NCBI GenBank assembly: GCA_963676565.1
Contig: OY781089.1
Span: forward strand, 576,001-640,000
Direction of reading: 5' to 3'
Length of the DNA: 64,000 nucleotides
From: Halarcobacter sp.
GTDB taxonomy: Bacteria > Campylobacterota > Campylobacteria > Campylobacterales > Arcobacteraceae
Shown here: positions 38,747-48,731 of the stretch, piece by piece
How positions within the stretch are numbered: position 1 is the first letter of the stretch
How the letters are laid out: each line of letters opens with the position of its first letter
The notes under the pieces: model-generated
What the model was told of the DNA's origin: nothing
Seen by the model: only the letters and a program-made list of their open reading frames with translations
Database searches by the model: none
Made by a program: the position numbers and the translations under genes

Positions 38747-40748
38747 AAATCAAGAAGATATAGCTAAAAAATCTGTTTCTTCAAACGAAGAAAAACCAAA
38801 ACAACAAAACAACAGAAGAAGACCTAGAAGTAATCAAGGAAATAAGCAAAACAGACAAGCTAATCCTAATACTACAAGTAATAATTCTTCTGAAGCAAAT
38901 AGTGAAAATCAAAATAAAACTACAAATTCTCAACAAAAAAGAAGAAGACCTAGTAATGGTAGTAGAGCAAAAACTCATCAGTCAAAAACAAACAGTACAT
39001 GGATTAATGACTTAAAAAAAGCTCATATCATCAATGAAAAATCTCATAAAGATAGATTAAATCCACACAATAAATTAAACCTTTCTACTAATGCAAAAGT
39101 TAGAATTACTCCATTGGGAGGATTAGGTGAAATTGGTGGAAATATGATGGTAATTGAAACTGAAAATTCTGCAATTATTGTTGATGTTGGTATGAGTTTC
39201 CCTGATGAAGATATGCATGGTGTCGATATTTTAATCCCAGATTTTACATATATTAGACAAATCAAAGATAAAATTGAAGCTGTTGTAATTACACATGGAC
39301 ATGAGGACCACATTGGTGCAATGCCTTATTTATATAAAGAATTACAGTTTCCAATTTATGGTACTTCACTACCATTAGAGATGATTGGTTCAAAATTTGA
39401 TGAACATAAAATAAAAGATCATAGAAAATTCTTTAGACCAGTAGAAAAAAGAGTTCCAATTAAAATTGGTGATTTTGAGATTGAATGGATTCATATTACT
39501 CACTCAATTATTGATGCTTCTTCATTAGCAATCAAAACAGAAGCGGGAACAATTATCCATACAGGTGACTTTAAAATTGACCATACTCCAATTGATGGTT
39601 TTCCAACAGATTTACATAGATTTGCTCATTATGGAGAGGAGGGTGTTTTATTATTAATGTCTGATTCAACTAACTCTCACTCACCAGGTTTTACTAAATC
39701 TGAAAAAACAGTTGGCCCTACTTTTGATAGATTATTTTCTACAGCTAAGGGTAGAGTTATTATGTCAACTTTCTCATCAAACATCCATAGAGTTGCACAG
39801 GCAATTGATCATGCTATGAAATATGGTAGAAAAGTTTGTGTTATTGGAAGATCAATGGAAAAAAACTTAGATTTAGCAATGAGTTTAGGTTATATTAAAT
39901 TTCCAAAAGATCAATTTATTGATGCTCACGAAGTTAATAAATATAAAGATAATGAAGTTTTAATTGTAACTACAGGTTCTCAAGGTGAATCTATGAGTGC
40001 TCTTTATAGAATGTCAATTCATGAACATAGACATATTAAAATTAAGCCAGGTGATCAAATTATCCTTTCTGCAAAAGCAATTCCTGGAAATGAAGCAAGT
40101 GTATCTCAAATAATCAACCACTTACTTAAAGCTGGTGCGCAAGTTGCTTATCAAGATTTTAGTGAAATTCACGTTTCTGGACATGCTGCACAAGAAGAGC
40201 AAAAATTAATGTTAAGATTAGTAAAACCTAAATTCTTTATGCCAATACATGGTGAATACAATCATGCAGTAAAACATGCAAAAACTGGTGTAGATTGCGG
40301 TGTTCTTGAAAGAAATACATATATTATGAGTGATGGTGAACAAGTTGAAGTTAGCCCAAAATATCTTAAAAAAGTTAAGTCAGTAAAAACAGGAAAAGTT
40401 TATATTGACAATCAATTAAACAACAAAATCTCAAATGATATTGTTATGGATAGACAAACTATGGCGAACGAAGGTGTTGTTATGATTGTTGCTCAAATTA
40501 ATGAAAATGATAGAAAAATGGAACAAAGACCAAGGGTTTCATCTTTTGGTTTAGTACCAGATAAGTTGGATAAACAATTTTCAAAAGAGATTGAAGATTT
40601 ATTATTAACTTTCTTAGAAAATGTAAAAGAGGGTATCTTCAAAAACAATAAAATTGTTGAAGATGAAATTAGAAAAGTTGTTAGAAAACATTGTGTTAGA
40701 AAATACAAAAAATACCCAGTGATAGTTCCAACGATTTTTGTTATATAA
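38727..40748 (+). CDS. rnj: Ribonuclease J with low-complexity N-terminal extension
   Basis: PLGGLGEIG, THGHEDHIG, HTGDFK, HVSGHA, PIHGE. Confidence 0.95.
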   Translation: MENNEAKNQEDIAKKSVSSNEEKPKQQNNRRRPRSNQGNKQNRQANPNTTSNNSSEANSENQNKTTNSQQKRRRPSNGSRAKTHQSKTNSTWINDLKKAHIINEKSHKDRLNPHNKLNLSTNAKVRITPLGGLGEIGGNMMVIETENSAIIVDVGMSFPDEDMHGVDILIPDFTYIRQIKDKIEAVVITHGHEDHIGAMPYLYKELQFPIYGTSLPLEMIGSKFDEHKIKDHRKFFRPVEKRVPIKIGDFEIEWIHITHSIIDASSLAIKTEAGTIIHTGDFKIDHTPIDGFPTDLHRFAHYGEEGVLLLMSDSTNSHSPGFTKSEKTVGPTFDRLFSTAKGRVIMSTFSSNIHRVAQAIDHAMKYGRKVCVIGRSMEKNLDLAMSLGYIKFPKDQFIDAHEVNKYKDNEVLIVTTGSQGESMSALYRMSIHEHRHIKIKPGDQIILSAKAIPGNEASVSQIINHLLKAGAQVAYQDFSEIHVSGHAAQEEQKLMLRLVKPKFFMPIHGEYNHAVKHAKTGVDCGVLERNTYIMSDGEQVEVSPKYLKKVKSVKTGKVYIDNQLNNKISNDIVMDRQTMANEGVVMIVAQINENDRKMEQRPRVSSFGLVPDKLDKQFSKEIEDLLLTFLENVKEGIFKNNKIVEDEIRKVVRKHCVRKYKKYPVIVPTIFVI

Positions 40749-40756
40749 GGTAGAAA

Positions 40757-41722
40757 ATGGATTTTAATAAAATTGCCCAAGAGGTATTAGATACTGAAGC
40801 AAATGAATTAATAAATGCTTCGAAAAATATTTCAGATTTTGATCTAGAAAAAGCTATAGAATTAATTGTTAATTGCAAAGGAAAACTTATAGTTACTGGT
40901 GTTGGAAAATCAGGACTTGTAGGTGCAAAGATTGCTGCAACATTAGCAAGCACAGGTACATCATCGTTTTTCCTACATCCAACGGAAGCTATGCATGGTG
41001 ATTTAGGTATGATTGGTAAAGAAGATATTGTTTTAGGTATTTCATATAGTGGGGAAAGTGAAGAATTGATTCAATTACTTCCTCACCTTAAAAGATTTGA
41101 TATACCATTAATTGCAATGGCAAAAAGTAAAAAATCTACCTTAGGTAAATACTCAGATTTCTTTTTTGATATCTCAGTTTCAAAAGAAGCTTGTCCTTTA
41201 GATACTGCACCAACTTCTTCAACTACATTAACTATGGCAATGGGTGATGTTCTTGCTGTTTGCTTGATGAAAAAAAGAAATTTCCAAAAAGAGGATTTTG
41301 CATCATTTCATCCAGGTGGAAGTTTAGGGAAAAAACTATTTATTAAAGTATCTGACCTATTAAGAACTAAAGATTTACCAATTGTTTCACGTGAAACAAA
41401 ACTAAAAGATGCAATTGTAACTATGAGTGAAGGTAGACTTGGAAATGTATTAATTACAGATGAAGAGGGTAAACTAAGCTCTGTATTAAGTGATGGAGAT
41501 TTAAGAAGAGCCTTAATGAACGATGACTTTTCAATGGACTGTGAGATTGAAGAGATTGCAACAAAAAATCCTAAAATTATTGATGACCAAAATATTTTGG
41601 CAAGTGATGCACTTAAGATTGTTGAAGATTTTAAAATTCAATTATTGATTGTTACTGATAAAGATAAAAAAATAGTTGGTGTTTTACACATTCATGACCT
41701 GATTGAAGCAGGTATAAAATAA
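40757..41722 (+). CDS. kdsD: D-arabinose 5-phosphate isomerase (SIS + CBS)
   Basis: TGVGKSG, HPTEAMHGDLG, APTSSTT, FHPGGSLG. Confidence 0.92.
   Translation: MDFNKIAQEVLDTEANELINASKNISDFDLEKAIELIVNCKGKLIVTGVGKSGLVGAKIAATLASTGTSSFFLHPTEAMHGDLGMIGKEDIVLGISYSGESEELIQLLPHLKRFDIPLIAMAKSKKSTLGKYSDFFFDISVSKEACPLDTAPTSSTTLTMAMGDVLAVCLMKKRNFQKEDFASFHPGGSLGKKLFIKVSDLLRTKDLPIVSRETKLKDAIVTMSEGRLGNVLITDEEGKLSSVLSDGDLRRALMNDDFSMDCEIEEIATKNPKIIDDQNILASDALKIVEDFKIQLLIVTDKDKKIVGVLHIHDLIEAGIK
41383..41398. promoter_or_regulatory. parS site (inside kdsD)
   Basis: Perfect TGTTTCACGTGAAACA palindrome. Confidence 0.9.
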
Positions 41723-41736
41723 ACCAAAGGAATGCC

Positions 41737-42534
41737 ATGAAAGGCAAAAATGAAGAGCAAGTTGAAGAAGAAACTAGATTAAATAAATTTATCTCTCATA
41801 ATAGTAATTATTCAAGAAGAGAAGCGGATAAGATAATAGAAGAGGGTAAAGTTTCGATTAATGGTACTCCTGTAAAAAATCTTGCGACAAAAGTTAAACC
41901 TGATGATATTGTAAGGATTGGCAAAAAGATTATCAAAGAAGATAAAAATAGAATGTATACAGTAATTATGTATAATAAGCCAAAAGGGGAACTTGTAACT
42001 AAAAATGACCCTCAAGGTAGAAAAGTTATCTTTGATTCTTTAGATAAAAAATATAAACACTTTATGCCAATTGGAAGACTTGATTATTCAAGTGAAGGTT
42101 TAATACTTTTAACAGATTCAGTTGATGTTGCTAATAAATTAATGCATTCAAAACTTGAGAGAATCTATAAAATAAAAGTAAATGGTGAAATCCATAAAAA
42201 AGTAGAAGAGGCAATGTTAAATGGCCTTGAACTTGAAGATGCAACAACAGGTGCCCATGAAAAATCAAAAATAAAATCGATGAATTTTGAGCCATTCATT
42301 GCATATCAAATTATCTCAAATAATAAAAATTTCTCTAAACTGAAAGTTGCAATTGCAGAAGGAAAGAATAGGGAGCTTAGAAGATTTTTTGGACATTTTG
42401 GTTTAGAAGTTATGGACTTAAAAAGGTTTGAGTTTGGTGGAATTTCACTAAACAATCTTCCTACAGGAAAATCAAGATATCTTACAAAAGATGAATATAA
42501 AGATTTAAGATTATTCCTAAACGAAAATGAATGA
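41737..42534 (+). CDS. rluB: Pseudouridine synthase, RsuA/RluB family
   Basis: S4 domain RLNKFI..SRREAD, YNKPKG, GRLD, EGKNRELRR. Confidence 0.85.
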   Translation: MKGKNEEQVEEETRLNKFISHNSNYSRREADKIIEEGKVSINGTPVKNLATKVKPDDIVRIGKKIIKEDKNRMYTVIMYNKPKGELVTKNDPQGRKVIFDSLDKKYKHFMPIGRLDYSSEGLILLTDSVDVANKLMHSKLERIYKIKVNGEIHKKVEEAMLNGLELEDATTGAHEKSKIKSMNFEPFIAYQIISNNKNFSKLKVAIAEGKNRELRRFFGHFGLEVMDLKRFEFGGISLNNLPTGKSRYLTKDEYKDLRLFLNENE

Positions 42535-43711
42535 TTTAGCTAACAAATTACGTCCACAAAATCTAAATGATTTTGTTGGGCAAACTCACATTATTGGAAA
42601 AAATAAAGCCCTTTATAAACTAATAGAAAAAAAAGAGATACCCCATCTGTTTTTTTATGGAAAACCAGGGACGGGAAAAACAACTCTTGCCAAAATTATT
42701 GCAAAACATATTGGAACTGATTATTACTACTTTAATGCAACAACTATTAAAATTGATGATTTAAGAAAGATTTTTACAAGATATAAAGATTCACTAATAA
42801 AACCAGTTATGTTTATTGATGAAGTACATCGACTTTCAAAAAACCAACAAGAAGTTTTACTTCCCATTATGGAAAATTATGAAGCAATAATTATAGGTGC
42901 CAGTACAGAAAATCCTTTTTTTACTTTAACAAGTGCAATTAGATCTAGGTCTTTTTTATATGAGTTTAAAGCCTTTACAAAAGAGGATATGAATAAGGTA
43001 TTAGACAAAGCAATTGCAAATACGCAAATAAAGATAAATGAAGAGGCTAGAGAGTACTTAATCTTATCAAGTAGTGGTGATGCTAGGGCTATGTTAAATC
43101 TTCTTAATTTTGCCATTAAAATTGATTTAGATGTAAAGTATGAAACATTGAAAGAATTAAGAGTAAATGTAATTGGTGATGGAGTTAGTTCTAAAGATTC
43201 TCACTACGATTTGGCAAGTGCAATGATAAAATCTCTTAGGGGTTCAGATGTCGATGCAGCATTATACTATTTAGCAAGATTGATTGATGGTGGAGAGAGT
43301 GTTGAATTTATTACAAGAAGGTTAGTGATTTTTGCTAGTGAAGATATTGGTAATGCAAATCCAAATGCACTAAATCTTGCAGTAAGTACAATGTTAGCAA
43401 CATCAAAGATTGGATACCCAGAAAGTAGAATTCTTTTAGGACAATGTGCAATATATTTAGCATCATGCCCTAAATCAAATTCTGCATATATGGGAATCAA
43501 TAAAGCACTTAATGAAGTAAAAAATGGTAAAATTTTGGATATACCAAAACATCTTGATAGTCAGCATGTTGGGTATTTGTATCCGCACGATTTCGGAGGA
43601 TGGGTAAAGCAAGAGTATTTGGCAAAGCCTTTAAGAATTTATGAATCGCTAAATGTAGGGTACGAAAAAACATTAAATGAGTGGCTTTTAAAAATTAAAG
43701 GTCAAGATTAA
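42527..43711 (+). CDS. rarA: Replication-associated recombination protein A
   Basis: LRPQ, GKPGTGKTT, DEVHR, STENP, KSLRGSD, ASEDIGNA. Confidence 0.95.
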   Translation: MNDLANKLRPQNLNDFVGQTHIIGKNKALYKLIEKKEIPHLFFYGKPGTGKTTLAKIIAKHIGTDYYYFNATTIKIDDLRKIFTRYKDSLIKPVMFIDEVHRLSKNQQEVLLPIMENYEAIIIGASTENPFFTLTSAIRSRSFLYEFKAFTKEDMNKVLDKAIANTQIKINEEAREYLILSSSGDARAMLNLLNFAIKIDLDVKYETLKELRVNVIGDGVSSKDSHYDLASAMIKSLRGSDVDAALYYLARLIDGGESVEFITRRLVIFASEDIGNANPNALNLAVSTMLATSKIGYPESRILLGQCAIYLASCPKSNSAYMGINKALNEVKNGKILDIPKHLDSQHVGYLYPHDFGGWVKQEYLAKPLRIYESLNVGYEKTLNEWLLKIKGQD

Positions 43712-43729
43712 AACTTAAAGGGCGAATAA

Positions 43730-44260
43730 ATGGACGTTTTCTTAGAGTACTATCTATGGATAGTAGTTTTTCACGTTATGGCAATGATGTCATGGATGGC
43801 AATGCTATTCTATCAGCCAAGGCTTTATGTTTACCATACCGAACATAAAAATAAAAAAGACTTTGTAGATGTAGTAAAAATCCAAGAGTATAAGATGTAC
43901 AAGTATATTGGTTTACCTGCTATGTGGGCAACTTTTATTAGTGGTATTTTTATGATTTACCTAAGACCAGATTTACTACAAGGTGATGGTTGGATGGTAG
44001 CTAAAATTGTAGCTGTATTAATCTTAATGGCATACTCTTTTTCATTGGAATATTATAGAGTTCAATTGGAAAAAGGAAACTTTTCTAAAAGTGGTAATTT
44101 CTTTAGAGCGTATAATGAAGTACCTACAGTATTATCAATTTTGATTGTAGGTTATGTAATTACAAAAACTTTTTCTATCTGGTTTACTATTATTACACTT
44201 CTTTTTGGAGCATTTATCATATACAAAGTATTAAAACAAACACCAAAAGATGCTGAATGA
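43730..44260 (+). CDS. hemJ: Protoporphyrinogen oxidase HemJ
   Basis: FHVMA..SWMAMLFY.PRLYVYH, FRAYNEVPT. Confidence 0.88.
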   Translation: MDVFLEYYLWIVVFHVMAMMSWMAMLFYQPRLYVYHTEHKNKKDFVDVVKIQEYKMYKYIGLPAMWATFISGIFMIYLRPDLLQGDGWMVAKIVAVLILMAYSFSLEYYRVQLEKGNFSKSGNFFRAYNEVPTVLSILIVGYVITKTFSIWFTIITLLFGAFIIYKVLKQTPKDAE

Positions 44261-45675
44261 ATTTTGAGAAAATTTATGTATTAGACACAAATATCTTACT
44301 TGAAGATGCAACAAATATCTTCAAGCTAAGTGATGAAAATAAAAATCTGATTGTATTACCTGAGACAGTTTTAGATGAGATTGATACAAAAAAAAGTGGT
44401 TTTGATGAGATAAACTTCCAAGCAAGAGAATTTGCAAGAATACTTGAAAATTCTGACATTATAAGTTCAACTAATCAAGACGAACATAAGATTGTAAGAC
44501 TTGAAATTTATGGAAATAAAAATGCAACAATAGATGTAATCTCAAAAGAGAATTATGAAGTTAATACAAAAAATGTAGCATCCAATATCATAAATGATAG
44601 AAAGATTTTAGAAATTGCAAAGTATTGTTTTAAACACTATGAAAATTCTGATATAACATTTTTATCTTTGGATATTATGGCAAGAACAAGAGCTGTTAGT
44701 CTAGATATTAAAACAGATTCACTAATAGGATCAGATAAAGAAGAGTTTAATTATGAGTTTATAAAAACTATTGAAATACCCTTTGAAAAAACAGAATTTT
44801 TACAAGATTCATTAATTACAGATTTTGATGAAGATTATAAACCATACAATTTTTGTTATTGCTTCAAAGTTAAAAGTTCAGATCAAGTAATCTTAACATA
44901 TATTCAAAATAAAAGAATCTATCTTTTAGATGAAACAGAGATTAGAAATCAAATAATTGTTCCACTAAATAAAGAACAACTTTTCTTTTCAAATGCAATA
45001 CTTTCACACTTTTACAATGTTTTAATTGTAGAGGCTAAAGCTGGTTCAGGTAAAACTTTGTTAGCTTTAAGTGGAGCATTAAAGCTTATTAGACAAAAAT
45101 TTTTCCAAAGAATTATATATATTAGAAATTCAATTGAATCATTAGATAAAGGTGAAGATGTTGGTTATCTTCCAGGTTTAGAAGAAAAATTTAAAATATA
45201 TAATCATCCTTTAATGGATAGTTTAGATTATATTATAAGAACTGAATATAAAAAGAAACAATCAAATAGAAAAAACAATGAAAATATTCAAGAACTAGAT
45301 GATCAAGAAGTTAATCAAAGAGTAGAGCAACTTATTCAAAATTATGGAATTGAAACAATGTGGGTTGGAGAGATGAGAGGAAGAACTTTATCAAATGCTT
45401 TTGTAATTATTGATGAAGCTCAAAATATGTCAAATAAAACTATGCAAATGGTGTTATCAAGAATTGATAATTCATGTAAAGTTGTTGTATTAGGTAGTAA
45501 TAAACAAATTGATAACTTCTATGTAAATAAACACACAAATTCATTAACTACACTTTTAAACTCAACAAAAAATGGAAGTGAATTAGTTAACACTTTTGCA
45601 ATTAAACTTCAAAAGGTTCTTAGAGGTCCAATCACTGAATGGGCAGAACAAATTTTCTCAACTAAAAACAAATAA
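44257..45675 (+). CDS. PIN-PhoH (PhoH2/YlaK-like) protein
   Basis: YVLDTN PIN start; AGSGKT, GYLPG..EK, RGRTL, IDEAQN. Confidence 0.9.
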   Translation: MNFEKIYVLDTNILLEDATNIFKLSDENKNLIVLPETVLDEIDTKKSGFDEINFQAREFARILENSDIISSTNQDEHKIVRLEIYGNKNATIDVISKENYEVNTKNVASNIINDRKILEIAKYCFKHYENSDITFLSLDIMARTRAVSLDIKTDSLIGSDKEEFNYEFIKTIEIPFEKTEFLQDSLITDFDEDYKPYNFCYCFKVKSSDQVILTYIQNKRIYLLDETEIRNQIIVPLNKEQLFFSNAILSHFYNVLIVEAKAGSGKTLLALSGALKLIRQKFFQRIIYIRNSIESLDKGEDVGYLPGLEEKFKIYNHPLMDSLDYIIRTEYKKKQSNRKNNENIQELDDQEVNQRVEQLIQNYGIETMWVGEMRGRTLSNAFVIIDEAQNMSNKTMQMVLSRIDNSCKVVVLGSNKQIDNFYVNKHTNSLTTLLNSTKNGSELVNTFAIKLQKVLRGPITEWAEQIFSTKNK

Positions 45676-45734
45676 TAGCTTATTAAAATAAATTTTGGTA
45701 CCTTTACTAAATAAAATATGTAAAGGTATACAAA

Positions 45735-46664
45735 ATGAAAATCGTATTTTTAGACAGAAAAACAATTGGTTATGATATTGACATAAGTAAATTTGAAACT
45801 CTTGGTGATTTAACCATATATGACACTACAAATGAAGATGAGACTCTAGATAGAGTAAAAACTGCAGATATAGTAATTACTAACAAAGTAGTAATAGATA
45901 AAAAAATAATGGAAAATTCAAATTTAAAACTTATATGTATCACAGCTACAGGAACTGATAATATTGACCTTAAATTCGCAAAAGAAAAAGGTATAGTAGT
46001 AAAAAATGTTGCTGGCTATTCGACAGCTAGTGTATCTCAAGTAACTTTTGCTCATGTATTTCACTTTGTACAAAAGTTAAATTATTATATTGACTATGTT
46101 AAAAAAGGTAATTGGGGAGAGTCTGATATATTCACACATATAGACAAACCTTTTTACGAATTAAAAAACAAAAACTGGGGAATTATTGGTTTAGGTGAAA
46201 TTGGAACAAAAGTTGCAACTATAGCAAAAAGCTTTGGTTGTAATGTAAGTTACTATTCAACTTCAGGTAGGAATTCTAATACGGATTTTAAACAAAAAAG
46301 TTTAGAAGATTTATTAGAAGAATCAGACATAGTAACTATACATGCACCTTTAAATGATTCAACTTTTAATTTGATTAATAAATCTAATTTAAATTTGTTG
46401 AAAGATGGAGCAATTTTAGTAAATGTTGGTCGAGGTGGAATAATAAATGAAAAAGATTTAGCTGATGCTATAGATGGAGATAAAGTACTATTTTGTGGAC
46501 TTGATGTTGTGAGTAAGGAACCTATATTAAAAACTAATCCACTAAATTTTGTACAAAATAAAGATAGACTTATAATTACACCACATATAGCTTGGGGTTC
46601 AACAGAAGCAAGAAATAGAGTGATGAACTTAGTATTTGACAACATACAAGAATACATAGTATAA
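45735..46664 (+). CDS. D-2-hydroxyacid dehydrogenase
   Basis: TATGTDNID, GLGEIG, NVGRG, TPHIAW. Confidence 0.92.
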   Translation: MKIVFLDRKTIGYDIDISKFETLGDLTIYDTTNEDETLDRVKTADIVITNKVVIDKKIMENSNLKLICITATGTDNIDLKFAKEKGIVVKNVAGYSTASVSQVTFAHVFHFVQKLNYYIDYVKKGNWGESDIFTHIDKPFYELKNKNWGIIGLGEIGTKVATIAKSFGCNVSYYSTSGRNSNTDFKQKSLEDLLEESDIVTIHAPLNDSTFNLINKSNLNLLKDGAILVNVGRGGIINEKDLADAIDGDKVLFCGLDVVSKEPILKTNPLNFVQNKDRLIITPHIAWGSTEARNRVMNLVFDNIQEYIV

Positions 46665-46693
46665 TACATATTATAATTTGCATAGGAGTAAGC

Positions 46694-47125
46694 ATGGATC
46701 CTTTACACTACACTTCAGAAGAGATGTATTCATCTACAGAGTTGATAAGAAAAAGTAAAAAAATCTTTGATAAGTTAAATAAAAAAGAGATTGAAAAAGC
46801 AATAATTTTGCGGGATGGGAAACCTGGTTTTATGTTATTGGAGTTTTCAGAATATGAAAAAATCATGAAAGAATATTTAACTTTAAAGCAAATGAATAGT
46901 AACTCAAATAAAAAAATTAATGAAGAGATAAAAGTTACAAAAGATGAGAAAGAAACTAAAATTGAACATCAAAAAGTTGAACTTAGTGAAAAGGATTTGG
47001 AAGAAGCCTTAAAAGAGATTGAGAATTTAGATATTGGAGATGAGTCTAACTTTATAGATAGCGATTCTTCAATTAATGAAAAAACAATAGAACAAAAAGA
47101 AGCCTTAAAAGAGTTTTGGGAGTAA
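46694..47125 (+). CDS. Hypothetical protein with Phd/YefM-like N-terminus and acidic tail
   Basis: SSTELIR....IFDKL....AIILRDGKP.F.L....EYE pattern. Confidence 0.55.
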   Translation: MDPLHYTSEEMYSSTELIRKSKKIFDKLNKKEIEKAIILRDGKPGFMLLEFSEYEKIMKEYLTLKQMNSNSNKKINEEIKVTKDEKETKIEHQKVELSEKDLEEALKEIENLDIGDESNFIDSDSSINEKTIEQKEALKEFWE

Positions 47126-47126
47126 A

Positions 47127-48731
47127 ATGATTGATGTATTGATAATTGGTTCAGGGGGAGCAGGATTAACTGCGGCTCTAAAAGCAAAAGAAAATGGCAG
47201 TAAAGTATTAGTTGTATCTAAAACATATCCCACCCATTCACAAACATGTCAAGCCCAGGGTGGGATAAATGCTGTATTAAATGAAACCAAAGATGATAAT
47301 ACTCAAAATTATATAAATGACACCTATAAAGCTTCCCATAAATTAGCAAATCAAAAAAACATTAAATACTTATGTGAAAACTCAAAAATTACTTTAAAAT
47401 GGTTAGACTCAATAGGAGTTCCTTTTAGTAGAAATGAAGACTCTGAAATCGCCCAAAGAAAATTTGGAGGTACTAAAGCTAAAAGAACTTGTTATAGTTC
47501 AGATTATACAGGCTTAAAAATACTTCACACCTTATATGATCAATGTATTAAAGAAGAAATAGAGTTTTTAAATGAGCACTATTTATTAGATTTAGTAGTT
47601 GAAGATAACTGTGTAAAGGGTGCTATTGTTCTTAATATGCAAACATCTGAACTTATTCAAATAAATGCAAAAACTGTAATTTTAGCAACAGGTGGATATG
47701 CTGGGCTTTATGATCAGTTTACTACTAACTCTTTTGTTTCAACTGGTGATGGTATAGCAGTAGCTTTAAGGGCAAAAGCAAAATTATCAAATATGGAATT
47801 TATCCAATTTCACCCAACTACATTAGAAAATAAAAATATTTTAATAAGTGAAAGTGCAAGGGGTGAGGGTGGTTATTTAGTTGATAAAGATGGGAATAGA
47901 TTTATTGATGAATTAAAACCAAGGGATGAAGTAGCAAGGGCAATCTTTAAAAAGAATCATGATGGGAAAAAAGTATATTTAGACTTAAGACATCTTGGCC
48001 TTGAAAAAATAAAAGAGGTAATGCCTCAAGAAAGAAGACTAGTAATTGACTTTTTAAATCTAAAAATGGAAGAGGATTTAATACCAATCAATCCATCAGC
48101 ACATTACACTATGGGAGGTATTGAAACAGATATAGATGCAAAAACTTCTATAACAAATCTATATGCCTGTGGAGAGTGTTCACAAAGTGGAATACATGGG
48201 GCAAATAGACTAGGAGGAAACTCTTTATTAGAGATTATCACCTTTGGTCAGGTTGCAGGAAAAAATGCAAGTCAATGTGCAAAAAATATCGATAATTTGA
48301 ATATAAATGATACACAACTTAAAAAAAATAAAAAAGAAATAGAAGAGATATTTAAAAAAGATAGCACTATAGACTACTTAAAAATAAAAAAAGAGATAGG
48401 AAAACTTTTTTTTGTAAATGTAGGATTATTTAGGGAAGAAAGAAAATTAATAAAAGCATTAGATTATATATACAAAAAGAAAGAAGAAATTGAAAAAATA
48501 GGTATAAAAAATAAAGATAGAATATACAACAAAAACCTTATTGAACTACTAGAATTAAAAAATTTAATTACTCTTAGTGAACCTATCTTATTATCAGCAA
48601 TTCAACGAAAAGAGAGTCGTGGGGCTCATTATAGAATAGATTTTAAAGAGAAATCTTTAGAGTATGAAAAAAATAGTGTCTGTTTACTAAAAGAAGGGAA
48701 AATAGAAAACTACTTTGAGGATGTTCTATGA
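47127..48731 (+). CDS. Succinate dehydrogenase/fumarate reductase-like flavoprotein subunit
   Basis: GSGGAG, AQGG, QFHPT, SESARGEG, RDEVAR, HYTMGG, HGANRLGGNSL, ESRGAHYR. Confidence 0.9.
   Translation: MIDVLIIGSGGAGLTAALKAKENGSKVLVVSKTYPTHSQTCQAQGGINAVLNETKDDNTQNYINDTYKASHKLANQKNIKYLCENSKITLKWLDSIGVPFSRNEDSEIAQRKFGGTKAKRTCYSSDYTGLKILHTLYDQCIKEEIEFLNEHYLLDLVVEDNCVKGAIVLNMQTSELIQINAKTVILATGGYAGLYDQFTTNSFVSTGDGIAVALRAKAKLSNMEFIQFHPTTLENKNILISESARGEGGYLVDKDGNRFIDELKPRDEVARAIFKKNHDGKKVYLDLRHLGLEKIKEVMPQERRLVIDFLNLKMEEDLIPINPSAHYTMGGIETDIDAKTSITNLYACGECSQSGIHGANRLGGNSLLEIITFGQVAGKNASQCAKNIDNLNINDTQLKKNKKEIEEIFKKDSTIDYLKIKKEIGKLFFVNVGLFREERKLIKALDYIYKKKEEIEKIGIKNKDRIYNKNLIELLELKNLITLSEPILLSAIQRKESRGAHYRIDFKEKSLEYEKNSVCLLKEGKIENYFEDVL

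Noticed and set aside
38727..39090. Low-complexity N/Q/R/S-rich N-terminus of RNase J as a novelty
   Set aside because: An N-terminal extension is already known for H. pylori RNase J.
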